Assembly: GCA_026026165.1 (NCBI GenBank) | Contig: JAPEUD010000073.1 | Location: 62,001-116,654 of the forward strand | DNA from: Sarea resinae | Taxonomy: Eukaryota | DNA length: 54,654 nt | Reading direction: 5' to 3' | Shown here: positions 50,209 through 54,654 of the stretch, piece by piece | How the letters are laid out: every line of letters starts with the position of its first letter | Position numbering within the stretch: the stretch's first letter is position 1 | The notes under the pieces: generated by a model | What the model was told of the DNA's origin: nothing | What the model saw: the letters and a program-made list of their open reading frames with translations, nothing else | The model's database searches: none | Translations under genes and position numbers: made by a program

Positions 50209-53200
50209 CACCCCCTTAAGCTTAATTCTATAGGATAGGTATGCAATTTAGAACACCTATAGAACTTCGCTTTTTGTAACAGTTGCTGTAGGTGCGCAAT
50301 TTTATGCACCTATAGAACTTGTTTGTTCTTTAGGTGTAGGCTGTATCTGAATAGCCTTTAGGACTTCTAGCCACTGTTAAGTGCTAAGTGGCTTAGTAAA
50401 GCTATCTGCTAGTTGACTAGCTGTAGGTATATAATTCAAGTGAATTATATTCCTTTAATAGTTGTCTCTAACAAAGTGATATTGTATGTTAATATGCTTT
50501 GTTTTTTAATAAAACATAGGATTTTTTGCTAGTTCTATAGCAGAAAGGCTATTAGTGTATATAGCCTTAGAATCCTCTATACTAATATTGTCTTTTAGTA
50601 AAGAGATTTGTTTGATTAGAGAATTTATATATAGGTAAATCCTCTTTTATAGCCTCTTTTAGGGCTATGTATTCTGCTTTATAAGAGCTTAGAGCAATTG
50701 TTTTTTGCAGCTTAGAATTCTAAGAAACTATGTTATTATCTAGTAGAAAAACATAGCCTGTTGTAGATTTTCTACTATAATCTCCTCTCTAGTCTAAATC
50801 ACAATAACCTAGGAGTTTTAGGCCTTTTTATTGTGATTTAGACTAATAGATAAGACTATAGTCCTTTGTATAGACAAGGTATTACTAAATCCTATTTAAG
50901 GATTTAAAATACAGCTAGCTAGGATTTTGCATAAATCTAGCATATAGATTTACTATATAGGCTAGGTTAGGTCTAGAGATAATAGTTAGGTAGATTAGAC
51001 TACCTATTTCCCTTTAATATTATTTAATATCCTTAGAGTTTACTTATAGACTATTCTTATCTAACTTTACACTACCTATAGCAGGTGTTATTATAAGCTT
51101 TAAGCCTAATTTATTGAACTTTTTTAACAAGTTAGTTATAAAAGCCTGTTAATTTAGAGTAATCCTTTTATTAGGCCTATCTCTAGAGATTTCTATTCCT
51201 AGATAGAATTTTATAGCCTCTAGATTAGAAATCTCTAGGTGCTTAGAGAGGTCTTTATAGAGACTATTTATACTATTAGCTGATTTGCTAAATAGTAAAA
51301 TGTTGTCTATATATATAGTAATTATTATATCCTCTTTAATATAGATAGAGCTATCTGCTAAGATTGTTTTAAATCCTAATTTTATAAGTAAATTCTTTAG
51401 GTGAATTTCCTACTGTCTAGCAGCTTGTTTTAAGCTATATAAGGCTTTGTTTAGAAGATAGACTTTGCCTTTTTCTTCTATAAAACTCTCTAGCTACTCT
51501 ATATAGATAGGATTATCTAGATTAGCATTAGGAAATGCAGAAGCTATATCCTACTAATATGTTTCTAGATCTAGTTTAGCAGCTATAACTAGAAGCATTT
51601 TTATAGCTGTAGGATTGCTAGTATGTGCAAAGGTCTCTGTATAGTCAACCCCTTGCTTTTATAGGAAGCCTCTAGCAACCCACCTAGATTTCCTCTTGTT
51701 AATTGTATTATTAGGGTTTAGCTTTGTTTTATAGACCTACCTGCTATTGATTATATTGGCATTTTTAGGTCTAAGGACTAGCTTAAGAACTCCTAGCTCT
51801 TTTAGCTTAGTAAGCTCCTTCTGCATTAATTTTAGCCACTCTTCTTTATAGGGTGACTTTAGAGCTTCTCTATAGCTCTTAGGATTAGATACATCTATAG
51901 AACTTCTATAGGTGTCTGTAACAGTGTGATTCCCCCTTGTGTGCAGACTGTTACAAACTATGAAATTTTGCATAAAGTTTGCATAGTGTTGTTACTGCTT
52001 AAGGGTGCTAGCTATATTAGCATAATATTCACTACTTAGCTTATCTATATCAGATTCACTATCAGTGTCTATTATGTCAGGTGTGACTGAATTATTATCA
52101 CCTATAGAACTCAGATCTTCTACTGTTACAGGATCTTCCTATACTGTTACAGCAGGTGTAGGAGGTGAATTTTCAGCACCTATAGGATTTTCATCCTCTA
52201 TATCAGATGTATCCTCCTCTAGCTCCTCTAGGGCCTCTAGGTCAGGGGTATAGCCTTCTGTAGAATTATAGAATGTGTTCTCTATAATCCTAACATCTCT
52301 AGCCTAGATTGTTTTAGCTGTTTTAGGGTCTAGCAGCTTGTATTGATTTGAGCTATAGTTGATTAGGTAATAGGGCTTAGCTCTATTATCTAATTTTTTG
52401 ATTAGTTCCTTAGGCTCTCTCTTATAGGCTAGAGAACCCTAGATTTTTATGTGGTCTAGGTTAGGCTTTTTATTAAACCTTAGCTTATAGAGTGTTTTGT
52501 AGCCTATAGAGCTATTAGGAGTCCTATTATAGAGGTATATAGCAGCTAGGATAAGGTAGCTTCTCTCTAGAATTTTCTAGAGATATTAGCCTGATTTAGT
52601 AGAGCTCTTACTTTATTAAGTAAGGTCCTATTAATCCTTTCTGCTAGGCTATTTTGTTTAGGGGTATAGAGTGTATTATAAGAGTCTATAATGCCTTTTT
52701 CAGCATGAAATTCCTTAAACACAGTGTTATTATAGACCTTAGCATTATCTAAGTAAAATCTTTTTAGCCTTTTTAGGCTTTAATTTTCCTCTTTAGCAAT
52801 ATATTCTTTAATTTTGCTAAAGGTTTTACTTTAATGTTTTAGAAGGTAAATATTAAGGTATTTTATAGCTAGGTCTAGGAAGGTAATATAGTATTTGTTA
52901 CTACTAGATGTTAGGGGTTTTATAGGACCCTTTATATCACTGTATACAATTTTAAGGTATTCTTTAAGCTTTTCTACAAGGGTTTTACTAGCATGTCTAG
53001 TAAATTTAGCCTCTAAGCAGATAGTGTAGTCTTTAATATCTAAGTCTTTAGACTTAACACTAAGCTCTACATTATCTTCTAGCCTTTTTAGAGCATTTTC
53101 CTCTATGTGTCCTAGCCTTTTATGCTACATATCTAGGCTATTATCCTCTATAGTGCTATTTAGCACTATAGGTATAGCCTTTGTCTAAAAGACACTAAGC

Positions 53201-54529
53201 TTATTAGCATAGGTCTCTTTAGCAGTGACACTACCTCTATTGTCTAGGATAAGGACATTTTTAAGGCTAAAGTTAACTTTATAGCCCTTGTTTATAATTG
53301 TCCCTAGGGCTAGTAGGTTTACACTAAAGTTAAGGATGTATAGGACATCTCTAACATTTACCACCTGATTTGTTAGGGTAAATATTAGCTTGATATCCCC
53401 TATACCTATTGCTATAGTAGAACTGCTAGTGTTACCCCACTTTACAGTAGTATTATAGGGTCTAAGGTTATTAAAGAGTTCCTTTCTATAGCAGATATGT
53501 GTTGTTGCACCTAAGTTAAGAATCTACTCTGTAACAGTGCATTTTGACTCGGATTTTACACAGCTATAGGAAGCTTCAGGTGTAACAGTGCCTTTTTATA
53601 GCTTTGTAACAGTACCTTCTAGGACTATGCTTGTAACAGTGCATTCTAACACTGATTTAGGGTATCTATAGGAGTTAGAGCTTTTAACAGTGCGTTTTGA
53701 CACTGATTTAGGACAGCTATAGGAATTAGAGCTTGTAGCTATAAAGCTCTTTTCCTCTTAAAGTTCCTCTGCTGTAAAGGGGTTAGCACTATGCTTTTTT
53801 GCATTAGGCTTTTTGCTCCTTTTTAGGCTAGGATGCTTTTTAAAGCATGTAGACTCATTATAATCATTTAGTGTATAATAGTCACAGTGCTCTTTACCCT
53901 TAGAGGTAAGGGCTACCTCTGTATCCTTGCTAGTGTTATGACTATTATCACTAGTGCTAGTGCTCTTAGAGATTTTAAACCTCTTAGAATTATCTATTAG
54001 CTATGCAAAGATTTTCTCTAGGTTAATATCCTTATCTTTGCTTTTGTTTATTGTTTGTGTAATAATAGTAACTATAGTATTATAGTTACTAGTAAGGTTG
54101 TTTAGGGTCTATACATCTATAAATTTATTAGGTAGGATTAGATCTCTAGCCTATAGCTTATTATTTAGCTGCTTAATTTTTATGATATAGTCTTCTAGAT
54201 CCTTGCATTTTTTAAGAGTTGTATTAAACAACTCTCTATAGATTAGGAATTCAGAATTAAATCCCTTAGATTTATAGAGATACTACAGACTAGCCTACAA
54301 TTTCTATAGATTAGTGTGATACCTAGTCTGTAACAGTAGGCTATCTGCTAGGGCAAGCCTAATATAGGCTAGAGCTTTTACAGACTTTGCCTTATAATAG
54401 TCTAAATTAACATCCATGCTATTTTTAAGGTCTTTAGACATGACTTTAAAATAGCCCTTCTCTATAAGCAGGGATTCTATCCTTATAGACCACAAATCCT
54501 AATTAGAGCTGCCTTGTAGCTTAGGGATT
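50209..54529 (-). mobile_element. Ty1/copia retrotransposon internal region (gag-PR-IN-RT-RH), RIP-inactivated
   Basis: Gag start IPKLQGSSN*DLWSIRIESLL, protease *ILNLGATTHIC (from WILDSGAT), integrase *HKRLGH, RT NPKSYREALKS..EW and YIDNI (from YVDD), RNase H KHINIQYHFVRD. Integrase lies before RT, which is the copia order. Confidence 0.92.
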
Positions 54530-54654
54530 TGTTAGAATTATAACCTTAATTCTAGTCACTCTTAAGTATCTAGACTGTTACAGAATGTCACATGACAGTA
54601 TAGATACATCTAGAAGCTTCTACAGACCTATAGAAGCTAATAGAACTCTATAGA
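54530..54654 (+). mobile_element. Same-family copia LTR in the opposite orientation, cut by the window end
   Basis: tgttagaattataaccttaattctagtcac... is the reverse complement of 50208-50090. Confidence 0.88.

Larger units (their letters stand above)
41950..54654. other. RIP-mutated AT-rich transposon nest
   Basis: An abrupt drop in GC content, an excess of TpA, depletion of CpA/TpG and many TAG/TAA stops in recognisable TE frames. Confidence 0.93.

Overview
Filamentous ascomycete (Pezizomycotina) nuclear DNA with spliceosomal introns and a strong RIP signature. 1-33.9 kb is a core gene block: eIF3a/TIF32 (3' end outside the window), G-protein gamma subunit, Rdx-family CxxC protein, class I cAMP phosphodiesterase, Yta7/ATAD2, a Tra2-like RRM protein, Nto1 and QNS1. 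QNS1 has 15 introns, and four of them are homologous to each other (introner-like). 34.5-41.9 kb is an accessory island: an alpha/beta hydrolase, a head-to-head pair of related 8-Cys secreted proteins, an intact DUF3328/UstYa-family gene with no repetitive precursor peptide nearby, several hairpins and a decayed NRPS A-domain fragment. 41.9-54.6 kb is a RIP-degraded transposon nest: a hAT transposase with an extra ORF, a Ty1/copia element, and three same-family LTR copies, one inserted in reverse orientation into gag. All calls are from manual reading and translation; no database searches were run.
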